This document shows positions 21,199 through 30,760 of a stretch of DNA of 64,000 nt, in pieces. The notes beneath the pieces were generated by a model. That model made no database searches. It had not been told where the DNA came from and saw only the letters and a program-made list of their open reading frames with translations. Source of the DNA: Candidatus Limnocylindria bacterium (GTDB lineage: Bacteria > Chloroflexota > Limnocylindria > P2-11E). The translations under genes and the position numbers were made by a program. How positions within the stretch are numbered: position 1 is the stretch's first letter; each line of letters opens with the position of its first letter. The stretch is from the NCBI GenBank assembly GCA_041486085.1, contig JBGPKU010000008.1, positions 2,806 to 66,805 on the forward strand, written 5' to 3'.

Positions 21199-22328
21199 TT
21201 CTTCATGAACGCGATGACCTCGCTCGCCACGCGATCGACCATCGCGTCGGTGAGCTCCGCGTACATCGGGAGCGACAGCACCTCTCCGGCGACCCTCTCC
21301 GTGACCGGCAGATCGCCCTTGCGGTAGCCGAGGAACTGCGCGGCCTCCTGCTGGTGGATCGGCACCGGGTAGTGGATCTGCGTGCCGATGCCGCGCTCCC
21401 CGAGGTACGTGCGCATGTCGTCGCGGCGCCCGTCGGTCACGCGGATCACGTAGGCGTAGAACACGTGGCGATCCCCTGCCGGGATCTCGGGCGTGATCAC
21501 CCCCGAATCCTTCAGAGCGTCGTTGTACCGCTTCGCGATCGCGCGGCGGCGTGCGTTCCAGCCGTCGAGCCTGCGCAGCTTGATCCGCAGGATCGCGGCC
21601 TGGATCTCATCGAGCCGCGCGTTGTAGCCCACGACCGGGTGGTAGTACCGCGTCGACTGCCCGTGCTCGCGCAGCGCGCGCAGATCGTCCGCGAGCTTGT
21701 CGTCGTTCGTGACGATGCTGCCCGCCTCGCCGTACGCGCCGAGGTTCTTGCTGCAGTAGAAGGAGTACGCGGAGACGCGACCGGCGGTGCCGGCCCGCTT
21801 CCCGTCGTCCAGGAGCGCGCCGTGCGACTGCGCGGCGTCCTCGATGATCGCGATCTGCCGGTCCTGCGCGATCTTCTTCAAGGGCTTCGTGTCGACGGTG
21901 CGGCCGTACAGGTGCACCGGGATGATGGCCTTGGTCCGGGGCGTGATCGCCGCCGCGACCGCTCCGGGGTCCATCAGCATCGTCTTCTCGTCGACGTCGA
22001 CGAGAATGGGCCGCGCGTTCGCGTACAGGATCGCCTCGACCGTTGCGAAGAAGGTGTGCGACACGGTGATGACCTCATCACCAGACGACACGCCGATCGC
22101 GCGGATCGCGAGCTGCAGGGCGTCGGTGCCGCTGCCCACCCCGATCGCGTGCTTCGTACCGCAGTACGCCGCCCACTCCTCGTCGAACGCGCGGACATTC
22201 GGACCGATCGTGAGCTGCATGCTCTCGAGGACCTCGTCGATCGCCGGCCGGATCTCGTCTTTGATCGTCGCGTATTGGGCACGGAGATCGACGAGGGGGA
22301 TCTCCTGCGTCTTCGTGGTCACGGTCAT
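21195..22328 (-). CDS. DegT/DnrJ/EryC1/StrS family sugar aminotransferase (WbpE-like)
   Basis: ATG 22328 (MTVTTKTQEIPLVDL) overlaps the upstream stop as ATGA. PLP-lysine region SFYCSKNLGAYGEAGSI. Confidence 0.9.
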   Translation of the reverse strand: MTVTTKTQEIPLVDLRAQYATIKDEIRPAIDEVLESMQLTIGPNVRAFDEEWAAYCGTKHAIGVGSGTDALQLAIRAIGVSSGDEVITVSHTFFATVEAILYANARPILVDVDEKTMLMDPGAVAAAITPRTKAIIPVHLYGRTVDTKPLKKIAQDRQIAIIEDAAQSHGALLDDGKRAGTAGRVSAYSFYCSKNLGAYGEAGSIVTNDDKLADDLRALREHGQSTRYYHPVVGYNARLDEIQAAILRIKLRRLDGWNARRRAIAKRYNDALKDSGVITPEIPAGDRHVFYAYVIRVTDGRRDDMRTYLGERGIGTQIHYPVPIHQQEAAQFLGYRKGDLPVTERVAGEVLSLPMYAELTDAMVDRVASEVIAFMKK

Positions 22329-22840
22329 GTGGTCGCTCCCTTTTTTGTCAGCGCCGCATCGAGATGGGCCCGGTGCATCCGCAGGTGTTGCAAGCCGGGC
22401 ACGCGGAAGCATAGATACACATCCTCAACGCGTTCGCCGTTCATCAGTTGCTCGGGCGTGAGGTCCTGGAGCGCGCTCATGAGGTCGGTGTGGACCCTGC
22501 GGAACTCTGCCAGGAGGTCCCCGACGCTGCGCTCGCGCCATTCCCTGAAGGTCACCGCGTTCATGTCGTCGACCGTGCCGGTCAGGCCGAGGAACGTGCG
22601 TACGCGGTCCTCCGGGCCCGGCTGCAGGTGATACCGCACGACCTTCCGGGCAGCCTGCGCCGCGCGGCCCTGCCATACGGCAACGTGCGGGATGAGATCG
22701 CGGACGCGCCAGCCGGGCCCCTCGCCGGTGAACACCGGGCCCTCCAGCGCTTCCGCGCTGAGGCTGCCGAACAGCGCATCGAGCTCCCGCCATTCGCGGT
22801 CGATGACCGCCAGCGCCTCATCCTTCGCGCGCGCGTTCAT
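22325..22840 (-). CDS. DinB/ClbS-like four-helix-bundle protein
   Basis: 171 aa with REWRELDALFGSLSAEAL...DLIPHVAVWQGRAA...HLRMHRAHL. The His-containing helices resemble DinB_2/ClbS from memory. ATGA overlaps occur at both ends. Confidence 0.45.
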   Translation of the reverse strand: MNARAKDEALAVIDREWRELDALFGSLSAEALEGPVFTGEGPGWRVRDLIPHVAVWQGRAAQAARKVVRYHLQPGPEDRVRTFLGLTGTVDDMNAVTFREWRERSVGDLLAEFRRVHTDLMSALQDLTPEQLMNGERVEDVYLCFRVPGLQHLRMHRAHLDAALTKKGATT

Positions 22841-23520
22841 CGCGGTGCCTTCTCCTCCAGCCACGCGTACGCGTGGGGGTAGATGTGGACGAAGCAATCC
22901 AGCTCGGTGAGCTCGTCCCTCAGCTTGGTAGCGGGATTCCCCGCCCACACGCTGCGCGGCGGCACCTTGCGCGCGCGCAGCACGCTGCCCGCGCCGATCA
23001 GCGCGTACTCGCCGATCTCGACGCCCGGCAGGATCGTGCAGTTCGCGCCGATCTGCGCGTGCCGGCGCACGGTCGCGCCCTTGACGCATTGCAGGTACGC
23101 CGGGCACTGCGGATGCGGATCGTCGGTGAACACGACGTGCGGACCGAGGAAGACCTCGTCCTCCACCGTGACGAGCTCGAGGAAACAACCGGTGTGGATC
23201 CGCACGCGCGAGCCGACGCGGTTGCCGAACTCGAGCGACGCGTGCGTTCCGACCGAGACGTCGTCGCCGAGGACGTTGTCCTCCCGGATCGACGCACCCT
23301 GTCCCGTCTGGAGACGGTCGCCGATCGTCGTGCCGGCGTAGATCGTCGTGAATGGCCGGATCACCGAGTCGACCCCGATGACCAGCGGCAGGTCACCGTC
23401 CCTTTTCCCGCGCGGCGGCCGGCCAAGGACGACGTACTCGCCGACGACCGTGCCGCTCCCGAGCTGGACGTTCGGCGCGACGACCGCGGTCGGGTGGATC
23501 GTGACGCCGAGCGAGGTCAC
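22837..23520 (-). CDS. Hexapeptide-repeat sugar N-acetyltransferase (WbpD/WlbB-like)
   Basis: GTG 23520 overlaps the upstream stop (GTGA). IHPTAVVAPNVQLGSGTVVGEYVVLG...VFLGPHVVFTDDPHP...IGANCTILPGVEIGEYALIGAGSVL. Confidence 0.85.
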   Translation of the reverse strand: MTSLGVTIHPTAVVAPNVQLGSGTVVGEYVVLGRPPRGKRDGDLPLVIGVDSVIRPFTTIYAGTTIGDRLQTGQGASIREDNVLGDDVSVGTHASLEFGNRVGSRVRIHTGCFLELVTVEDEVFLGPHVVFTDDPHPQCPAYLQCVKGATVRRHAQIGANCTILPGVEIGEYALIGAGSVLRARKVPPRSVWAGNPATKLRDELTELDCFVHIYPHAYAWLEEKAPR

Positions 23521-24545
23521 GCCCGGGCGGCCTCCGGCACCGGCCGGTACGACACGCGCGCACCACCAGAGCGAAGCGAGCGCATGCCGGCCTCGAGCAC
23601 GCGGACGACCCGCAGTCCGGCCTCGCCGTCGCTGCGCGGCTTCTTGCCGTTGCGGACGCAGTCGATGAAATGAAGCATCTCGAGCTGCAGCGCCTCGGTG
23701 ATGGGAACGCGCGGGCTGTGGATGTCGCCGGCCCGATACGAGCGACGGAGCTCGTCGCCGTCGAGCGATTCCACGCCGAAGTCGTAGATCTTCACACGCT
23801 CGACGGTCTGCACGTCGTCGTAGACCGCCATCTTCTTCGACCCGATGACGGTCATCGTCCGCAGCTTGCTCGGCGCGAGCCACGAGAGGTGCGCATGCGC
23901 GACCGCGCCGGAGGGGAAGCCGACGGTGAGGAACACGACATCCTCGATCTCCGGCTGCACGTAGCAGGCTCCGATGCACTGCACCCAGTCGGGCTCCTCG
24001 GTCAGCCAGTAGAGCGTGATCGACACGTCGTGCGGACCGAGATCCCACAGGACATTGATGTCGAATTGGTGCAGGCCGAGATTGACGCGCTGGCTGTCGA
24101 CGTAGTTGATGCGGCCGAGCTCACCCTTCTCGATCAGATTGCGCACGATCACGACGGCCGGGTTGTAGACGAAGGTGTGGCCGACCATCAGGGTGCGCCC
24201 GGCCTTCTCCGCCGCGCGGACCATCGCTTCGGCATCGGCGCTGTTGGACGCGAGCGGCTTCTCGACGAAGACGTGCTTGCCCGCGGCGAACGCCTGCTCG
24301 ACCAGCGGCCGGTGCGTGTTCACGGGCGTGGCGATGCAGACCGCGTCGATGTTCTCGTCGTCGAATAACGTCGTGTGATCGGTCGTGAGCCGCACTGCCG
24401 GAAAGCGCTTCTTGATGCCGTCGAGCCGCTCCTGCGACAGGTCGGCGACCGCAACTGGCTCGGCTCCGGGGGCTTCGTTGAGGTTGCGGACCAGGTTCGG
24501 ACCCCAATAGCCCGCGCCGATGACCGCGACGCGAAGCGGGTTCAT
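23517..24545 (-). CDS. Gfo/Idh/MocA family NAD(P)-dependent oxidoreductase (WbpB-like sugar dehydrogenase)
   Basis: N-terminal Rossmann LRVAVIGAGYWGPNLVRNL and EKPLA motif (VFVEKPLASN). Confidence 0.9.
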   Translation of the reverse strand: MNPLRVAVIGAGYWGPNLVRNLNEAPGAEPVAVADLSQERLDGIKKRFPAVRLTTDHTTLFDDENIDAVCIATPVNTHRPLVEQAFAAGKHVFVEKPLASNSADAEAMVRAAEKAGRTLMVGHTFVYNPAVVIVRNLIEKGELGRINYVDSQRVNLGLHQFDINVLWDLGPHDVSITLYWLTEEPDWVQCIGACYVQPEIEDVVFLTVGFPSGAVAHAHLSWLAPSKLRTMTVIGSKKMAVYDDVQTVERVKIYDFGVESLDGDELRRSYRAGDIHSPRVPITEALQLEMLHFIDCVRNGKKPRSDGEAGLRVVRVLEAGMRSLRSGGARVSYRPVPEAARA

Positions 24546-24656
24546 TCGCGGTCGATTCTAGAACGGGGCCGTCGGCAGGCTGCGGGGGCCGAATGGCACT
24601 CGCGATCCGAGCCGGGAGCGACGAATATTCTTCCTGGACTCGAGAGGAGGCCACCA

Positions 24657-24887
24657 ATGATGGGCTGGGATTACACGATGAACGGCTGGATGAGTGTCTG
24701 GATGTGGATCCCGATGGTCCTCATCGTCGCGCTTCTGATCCTGGGGACGGTCGCGGCGCTCCGTGGTCTGTCAGCCGGTGCGCCGCGCGAGTCGGAAGAC
24801 CCACTGGCGATCGCTGCTCGCCGCTTCGCACGCGGTGAGATCACGAAGGACGAATACGAGACGCTGCGGTCGACGCTGGCCCGCTAG
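24657..24887 (+). CDS. SHOCT-domain small membrane protein
   Basis: ATG 24657 is preceded by GAGAGGAGG. There is one TM helix (WIPMVLIVALLILGTVAAL) and the C-terminal ARRFARGEITKDEYETLRSTL (SHOCT motif). Confidence 0.75.
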   Translation: MMGWDYTMNGWMSVWMWIPMVLIVALLILGTVAALRGLSAGAPRESEDPLAIAARRFARGEITKDEYETLRSTLAR

Positions 24888-24926
24888 GCCGTGCACGGCG
24901 CAGCCCACTTATGACGCGTTGTTGAT

Positions 24927-27251
24927 GTGATCACGAAGATCCCCACGCCGCCGCCGGCGACGGAAACGATCGAAGTTCCACTCGATCAGATCTTCTGCCC
25001 GTGCTGTCAGGATGACCTGGGGGCGGCGATCGGGCGGCTCCCTCACGTTATCAGCGCCCACGTCGACCTCGAGCACAAAGTCGCGCACGTGACGGTGCAT
25101 CCCGGAATGACGGACGCGGCAACCTTGCGCACGCAGATCGCGGACTGCAACTTCCGCAACCCCGTGCCTCTTCCGAGTGCAGCGGTGAGCTCGCATGAGT
25201 CGATGCATCACGCCGCGTCAAAGACCGCGGCCCACGGTGGCGACGCCGCGATGGGCCACGACATGTCCGACCCGCGGATGGCCGCGGCGATGGAAGCGGA
25301 TATGCGCCGCCGATTCTTCATCGCGTTGGTGTTCTCCCTCCCGGTGATCGCCTACTCGCCGCTCGGGACGCTGCTCCTGGGCGGACGCGCGCTGCCCGCG
25401 CCGGTCGATCCAAACTGGATCCTGCTCGCCTTCAGCACGCCGGTCACGCTGTGGGCCTCGAGCGTCTTCCACATCGGTGCGTGGCGCTCCCTCCGCTCGG
25501 GCGTGCTCAACATGAGCGTGCTCGTCTCGCTCGGCATCCTGGTGAGCTACGTCTTCAGCGTCGGGCTCACCTTCACCATCGGCGGCGAGACCTTCTACGA
25601 AGCCGCGGTCATGCTCGCGACGTTCCTGCTGTTCGGTCACTGGATGGAGATGCGCGCCCGGCGCGGCTCGTCCGACGCGGTGCGCAAGCTCCTCGAGCTC
25701 GCGCCGAGCGAGGCGAACGTCGAGCGGGACGGAAAGATCGTGCGCGTGGTGGCGTCGGAGATCAGGGTCGGAGATGTCATCGTGCTCAAGCCCGGCGAGC
25801 GCGCCGCGGTGGACGGCGTGGTCATCGACGGCCACACCGCGATCGATGAATCGATGGTCACCGGTGAGTCGATCCCGGTCGAGAAGGAGACCGGAAGCCC
25901 GGTGGTCGCGGGCACGATGAACCAGACCGGCTCCATCCGCTTCCGCGCGACGAACGTCGGCGCGGATACGACGCTCGCCCGGATCGCCCGTCTGGTGGAG
26001 ACGGCGCAGAGCTCGAAGGCGCCGGCTCAACGGATCGCCGATCGCGCCGCGCACTACCTCGTCATCGTCGCGGTGGGCGCAGGCCTGATCACGTTCCTGT
26101 ACTGGTTCGCGATCGCGCAGCAGGGAGTGCTCTTCGCGTTGACCCTTGCGGTGACCGCGATCGTCATCGCGTGCCCCGACGCGCTCGGCCTCGCGACGCC
26201 CACGGCGATCATGGTCGCCACCGACATGGGTGCCAAACAGGGGATCCTGTTCAAACAGGCAACAAGCCTCGAGCTCGCCTCGCGCATCCAGTCTGTCGTG
26301 TTCGACAAGACCGGGACGCTCACCGAGGGCAAGCCGCGGGTGACCGACGTGATCGCGCTCGCGCCCTTCGATGAGAGTGAGCTCATCCGCATCGAGGCCG
26401 GCGCGGAAGCGCGCTCCGGCCATCCACTCGCAAAGGCTCTGCTGGATGAGGCGACCCGCCGTGGGATCAGCGTGCCGGCGGAGATCGCGGAGTTCGAAGC
26501 GCTCGGCGGTCGCGGCGTCCGCGCGCGCATCGAGGGCCGCGAGGTCCTCGTGGGCACGCAGCGCCTCATGGAAGAGCGTGGCATCGCGGTGACACAACTG
26601 GCCGGTCAGCTCGAAGCGCTGCTCGCGGCCGGCAAGACCCTGACCATCGTCGCGGTCGATGGCGCGCTCGCCGGCATCGTCGCGGTACAGGACACGCCTC
26701 GGCCGTCGGCAAGGGATGCGGTCGCGGGTCTGCGGGCGATGGGCATCGAGGTCGCGATGCTGACCGGCGACAACCGCCAGACCGGAGAGGCCGTCGCGCG
26801 CGCCCTCGGGATCGAGCGCGTGCTCGCCGAGGTGCTGCCGGAGAACAAGGCCGAAGAGGTCAAGCGCCTCCAGGTCGAGGGCAAGTTCGTGGCGATGGTC
26901 GGTGACGGGATCAACGACGCGCCAGCGCTCGCGCAGGCCGATCTTGGAATCGCGATCGGTGCCGGCACCGACGTCGCGATCGAGGCGGGCGACATCGTGC
27001 TCATGCGCTCGGATCCGCGCGATGTCCTCGCGGCGATCCGCCTCTCGAAGGCGACCGTGCGCAAGATGAAGCAGAACCTCTTCTGGGCAGCGATCTACAA
27101 CGTCGTGGCGATCCCCGTCGCCGCGGGTGTGCTGTACCCGGCGTTCGGCATCCTGCTCCGCCCGGAGTTCGGAGCGCTTGCGATGAGCGCAAGCTCGATC
27201 ACGGTGGTCACGAACGCGCTGCTGCTGCGGCGCTCCCAGCCGTCAGGATAA
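24927..27251 (+). CDS. Heavy-metal translocating P1B-type ATPase (Cu+-type TM7/TM8 signatures, atypical CPD in TM6)
   Basis: N-terminal CxxC (FCPCCQ), a His/Met-rich stretch, TGES, DKTGTLT, SGHPLAKAL and GDGINDAPAL. NX6YNX4P appears as NLFWAAIYNVVAIP and PX6MXXSSX5N as PEFGALAMSASSITVVTN. TM6 reads ACPDALGLATP. Confidence 0.95.
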   Translation: MITKIPTPPPATETIEVPLDQIFCPCCQDDLGAAIGRLPHVISAHVDLEHKVAHVTVHPGMTDAATLRTQIADCNFRNPVPLPSAAVSSHESMHHAASKTAAHGGDAAMGHDMSDPRMAAAMEADMRRRFFIALVFSLPVIAYSPLGTLLLGGRALPAPVDPNWILLAFSTPVTLWASSVFHIGAWRSLRSGVLNMSVLVSLGILVSYVFSVGLTFTIGGETFYEAAVMLATFLLFGHWMEMRARRGSSDAVRKLLELAPSEANVERDGKIVRVVASEIRVGDVIVLKPGERAAVDGVVIDGHTAIDESMVTGESIPVEKETGSPVVAGTMNQTGSIRFRATNVGADTTLARIARLVETAQSSKAPAQRIADRAAHYLVIVAVGAGLITFLYWFAIAQQGVLFALTLAVTAIVIACPDALGLATPTAIMVATDMGAKQGILFKQATSLELASRIQSVVFDKTGTLTEGKPRVTDVIALAPFDESELIRIEAGAEARSGHPLAKALLDEATRRGISVPAEIAEFEALGGRGVRARIEGREVLVGTQRLMEERGIAVTQLAGQLEALLAAGKTLTIVAVDGALAGIVAVQDTPRPSARDAVAGLRAMGIEVAMLTGDNRQTGEAVARALGIERVLAEVLPENKAEEVKRLQVEGKFVAMVGDGINDAPALAQADLGIAIGAGTDVAIEAGDIVLMRSDPRDVLAAIRLSKATVRKMKQNLFWAAIYNVVAIPVAAGVLYPAFGILLRPEFGALAMSASSITVVTNALLLRRSQPSG

Positions 27252-27458
27252 CGACCTTCGCCGCCCCCGCCTCCATGCGCGGTCGAGCGTGACCGAAGAC
27301 CGCGGCCGATCATCAAGATGTCCCTTCCGTTCGCTCAGCGCTGCGTGCCGGCATGCTAGGTTTGCCCGTGGTTGACACTCGAGGAGGTTGCTGCTCCTCG
27401 CTGTGGCAGGAGGGTCGGCTGTGGGTGCCGATGAGCGGGCCGGGCCGCGACGCGACTG

Positions 27459-27926
27459 ATGTCCGGACGGGGGAATGCTGAGCGCGTGACACTCGACGAT
27501 TCGGCGGACGTCTTGGCAGTTCTGACGGAGACCGATTGTCTGGCGCTCCTACAGTCTGGCGACGTAGCTCGGATCGCGTTTGCCTTCGAGGGCAGAGTCG
27601 AGATCTTCCCGATCAACTACTGCATGGAAGGCAGGATCATCGTGTTCCGGACCGGTCCTGGAACCAAGCTGGCTGCGGTTCCCAAGACCGCGCTCGCCGT
27701 GGAGATTGATAGTTGGGACCCAAGGGCCGGGATCGGCTGGAGCGTGGTGGCCAGGGGCCGCGCCGAAGAGATCACCAGCTCTCCTGGTCGGGCAGCGGAA
27801 CATCTTCGCTGGATGCCCGTCCATCCCGCCGCACCCGGTGATCGGTTTCACTGGATCGGGATCAAGCCATCGGAGATCACGGGACGGCGCTTCCACGTGC
27901 CCCCCGCTCGCGGCGAGCGGGCGTAG
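27459..27926 (+). CDS. Pyridoxamine 5'-phosphate oxidase-like (split-barrel flavin/deazaflavin-binding) family protein
   Basis: LTETDCLALLQSGDVARIAFAFEGRVEIFPINYCMEGRIIVFRTGPGTKL is typical of PNPOx-like split-barrel proteins. Confidence 0.7.
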   Translation: MSGRGNAERVTLDDSADVLAVLTETDCLALLQSGDVARIAFAFEGRVEIFPINYCMEGRIIVFRTGPGTKLAAVPKTALAVEIDSWDPRAGIGWSVVARGRAEEITSSPGRAAEHLRWMPVHPAAPGDRFHWIGIKPSEITGRRFHVPPARGERA

Positions 27927-27994
27927 CGCCGCTGTCCGATCGCACGGTCCAAGGCGCGTCCATCCCGTTCCAACTCGATCGCCTCGGGGTCATC

Positions 27995-29053
27995 ATGGAG
28001 CCCGAGTCCGGCAATCCGCATGAAGCCGAAGGTGTGCTCAACCCGGCGGTCGCGCGAGGGCGGGATGGCCAGCTGTATCTCCTACCGCGGCTCGTCGGGC
28101 ATGGCAACTTCTCGAGGATCGGCATCGCCCGTGTCCAATTCAACCCGGCCGGCGATCCGGCCGGCGTCGAGCGTTTGGGCATCGCGCTCGAGCCCGCGGC
28201 CGACTACGAGCGCGACGGCTGCGAGGATCCACGCGTCGCGTTCTTCGCGCCCCTTGACCTGTACGTGATGGCGTATACGGCCCTCTCCGAGCGCGGCCCG
28301 CGTGTGGCGATCGCGGTTTCGGCCGACCTCTTCCGCTGGGAGCGTCTCGGCCTCGTTCGCTTCACGCCGCATGATGACGTCGACTTCGGCGACGTGGCCA
28401 ACAAGGACGCGCTTCCCTTTCCGGTCCCGGTGCCCAGCCCGAGCGGCCGTCCGTCGCTTGCGCTGATCCACCGGCCGCTCTTTCCCGGGAGCGAACCGGC
28501 GGCGATCGCAGGCCGCCCGGCGCCGAGGCAGGTTGATCTTCGGCGCGAAAGCCTCTGGATCTCGTTCTGCGATCTGGCGGCCAAGATGGACGGGCTGACA
28601 CACCTGACTCATTTCCAGGAGCACTACCGCCTTGCGTCGCCCGTCGCCCCCTGGGAGCGGGTCAAGGTCGGCGGCGGGACGCCGCCGCTCCTCGTCGAAG
28701 GCGGCTGGTTGGTGATCTATCACGGCGTAAGCGGGCAGGCGGGGGAGCCCGGTCGGCCGCGCTCGCTGCGCTACTCCGCCGGGGCGCTCGTCCTCGACCG
28801 GCACGACCCGCGCGTGATCCGCTACCGCTCGCCGGAGCCGATCCTGGCACCGCACACGCGGGCGGAGCGCTCAGGTGTCGCTGACAACGTCGTCTTCCCG
28901 TCGGGCGCCGACCGGCGGCCCGATCTCGGCCAGCCCGACCGCGTCGACGTGTACTACGGCATGGCCGACAGTCGGATCGGCGTCGCACGTCTCAATCTGC
29001 CGGGCACGCTGCCGCCGGACGCGATCGCCGATCCTCACCAGGGACAGGTATGA
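27995..29053 (+). CDS. GH130/DUF377-like glycosidase or phosphorylase (beta-propeller)
   Basis: 352 aa with GVLNPAVARGRDGQLYLLPRLV...NFSRIGIARV, CEDPRV and LVIYHGV. The pattern recalls GH130-related glycosidases. The assignment is from memory. Confidence 0.6.
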   Translation: MEPESGNPHEAEGVLNPAVARGRDGQLYLLPRLVGHGNFSRIGIARVQFNPAGDPAGVERLGIALEPAADYERDGCEDPRVAFFAPLDLYVMAYTALSERGPRVAIAVSADLFRWERLGLVRFTPHDDVDFGDVANKDALPFPVPVPSPSGRPSLALIHRPLFPGSEPAAIAGRPAPRQVDLRRESLWISFCDLAAKMDGLTHLTHFQEHYRLASPVAPWERVKVGGGTPPLLVEGGWLVIYHGVSGQAGEPGRPRSLRYSAGALVLDRHDPRVIRYRSPEPILAPHTRAERSGVADNVVFPSGADRRPDLGQPDRVDVYYGMADSRIGVARLNLPGTLPPDAIADPHQGQV

Positions 29054-29194
29054 CGCACTGAGCCCGAAATGCCGAAGGCCAGTGCCCGCTCTTCAGCCGC
29101 CCACCCGGTCCGCCAGCACGCCAGCCATCGCGCGCAACCACCAGCGATGCGGCTCGATCACAGCACGACCGCATCAGACACGATCAGCGCGGCC

Positions 29195-29488
29195 TTAGCG
29201 GCCCTCCGAGGCAATGATCTCGCCATCGTGCCACTCAGGGTCCGCCTGGAGCGACGCACGCATCTTCTTGAAGCGCTCATCCTGCTTCGGATCGCGTGCG
29301 TTGGCGACGTAACTCGCCTTGTCCTTGAAGACTACGGCCATGTAGACCTCGCTTGGGTCATTGTCCATGCGATAGATCGTGGTGCTTACGAATCCCGGGA
29401 TCTTGAGGTTGTCGTACTGCGCCATGTCCTCTTTGAGCTTCGCTTCCGTGCCGGGCTTGAGCCTCATCCGCGCGACAGTTCCATACAT
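29195..29488 (-). CDS. ABM-like (dimeric alpha/beta-barrel) small protein
   Basis: 97 aa with MYGTVARMRLKPGTEAKLKEDM...VYMAVVFKDKASYVANA. Size and pattern resemble the antibiotic-biosynthesis-monooxygenase fold. Confidence 0.55.
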   Translation of the reverse strand: MYGTVARMRLKPGTEAKLKEDMAQYDNLKIPGFVSTTIYRMDNDPSEVYMAVVFKDKASYVANARDPKQDERFKKMRASLQADPEWHDGEIIASEGR

Positions 29489-29593
29489 CCAAACAACTCC
29501 CTCTGAAACTGCGGTTCCGCGATCAGTGTGCTCCGGCGCCGCCGGCCCCTGCAGGGGGAGCGCGGTTCAGCGCGCACCGGAGACCGCCTCGCC

Positions 29594-30760
29594 TCAGTCA
29601 CGGACGGTCGCGTGTTGGAGCAGCGCGATGCCGCAGGCCACGATGGCTCCAACGTAGGCGTAGTACGGCTGGGTCGTCCACTTCGCGAACATCAGCGCGA
29701 ATACCACGATCCCGACGCCCGCAAGCATCGCGATGCCGACCGTCGCTGGTCGCCATCGCCACACGGCCAGAGCCACCAACGCGAGCGTGCCCAGGATCTC
29801 GAACGCCGTGAACATCGGAACGAGCATCTCTGGGTCGCCGAATTGCTTCATGGTGTTGAGCAGGTTCGCGCCCCAGATCTCGTCGTGGAACGTGAGCGCG
29901 TCCACCTGACTGCCCAGGAAGGCACCGGGATCGCGGACGAAGAAGGGCAGCACGAACGCCGCGGCCACGCCCAGAGCGATGAGCGCGTATCGGCGCCAAG
30001 GCGCTCCGGTGATCGCGAGGTGCCGGACCACAAGAGGCAGGATGAGCAGCGAGAACTGCTTGAAGGCAATGGCCCAGCCAAACAGCACGGCCGATAGGAG
30101 AAGGGCGACGTTGTACGAGCGCGCGCTGAGCGTTCCGCCGCGAGGCGTTGCGAACAGCAGCGCGACACATGCGAGCACGACCAGCGCCGACGCCGATACA
30201 TCGTTCGAGCCATCGATCGCGCGATAGCCGGCGACACCCCAGGCGGCATAGAGCATCGCCGGCAACGCGACCTGCTCGAAGCCGACGCGCAGGCCCGCGG
30301 CGGCGATGGCCGCCACGATGAGCACGCCGGCCCACGTGTCGACCCGCGAGATGTCGCCGATGAGCCACTGCGGGATCGCGTACCACGCGAGCTCGCCGGG
30401 CGGATAGACGAAGGGCGACCCCACCGGATTCGTGGTCTGCAGAACGGCCGCATACGGATTGCCGCCCCGCGACACGATCGTGAGCGCCTCGGTCGTCGCC
30501 CGGAGGACGTCGCTTCCGTCCGGCAGCGTCTCGCGGCGCAGGCGCTCCGAGATCGCGACGAGGATCGCGAGATACGCGGTCAGGCCGGCGGCCAACGGCG
30601 CGCCACGAAGCGCGAGCCAGCCGAGCGCGACAGCGGCGACGAGGAGCACGACGCGCTCGGGCTGCGGCTCGTTGACGTCGGTCCCCTCGATCGCCCAGAA
30701 GAGCCCGACGACAAGGGCCGCGAGCGTCAGCGTGCTGGGGCTACTGGCCGGTGGCCGCAC
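29594..30760 (-). CDS. Polytopic membrane protein, GT-C/DUF2029 (GT87-like) candidate glycosyltransferase
   Basis: 388 aa with about 10 hydrophobic helices. The first extracytoplasmic loop carries GSPFVYPPGELAWY, reminiscent of polyprenol-phosphate-sugar-dependent GT-C enzymes. Confidence 0.5.
   Translation of the reverse strand: MRPPASSPSTLTLAALVVGLFWAIEGTDVNEPQPERVVLLVAAVALGWLALRGAPLAAGLTAYLAILVAISERLRRETLPDGSDVLRATTEALTIVSRGGNPYAAVLQTTNPVGSPFVYPPGELAWYAIPQWLIGDISRVDTWAGVLIVAAIAAAGLRVGFEQVALPAMLYAAWGVAGYRAIDGSNDVSASALVVLACVALLFATPRGGTLSARSYNVALLLSAVLFGWAIAFKQFSLLILPLVVRHLAITGAPWRRYALIALGVAAAFVLPFFVRDPGAFLGSQVDALTFHDEIWGANLLNTMKQFGDPEMLVPMFTAFEILGTLALVALAVWRWRPATVGIAMLAGVGIVVFALMFAKWTTQPYYAYVGAIVACGIALLQHATVRD

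Noticed and set aside
24623-24630. The AT-rich palindrome GAATATTC upstream of the SHOCT/ATPase genes, considered as a possible metal-regulator operator or -10 element.
   Set aside because: It is only 8 bp, has no second half-site or flanking inverted repeat, and no regulator gene (CsoR, CopY or MerR) lies adjacent. The evidence is insufficient.
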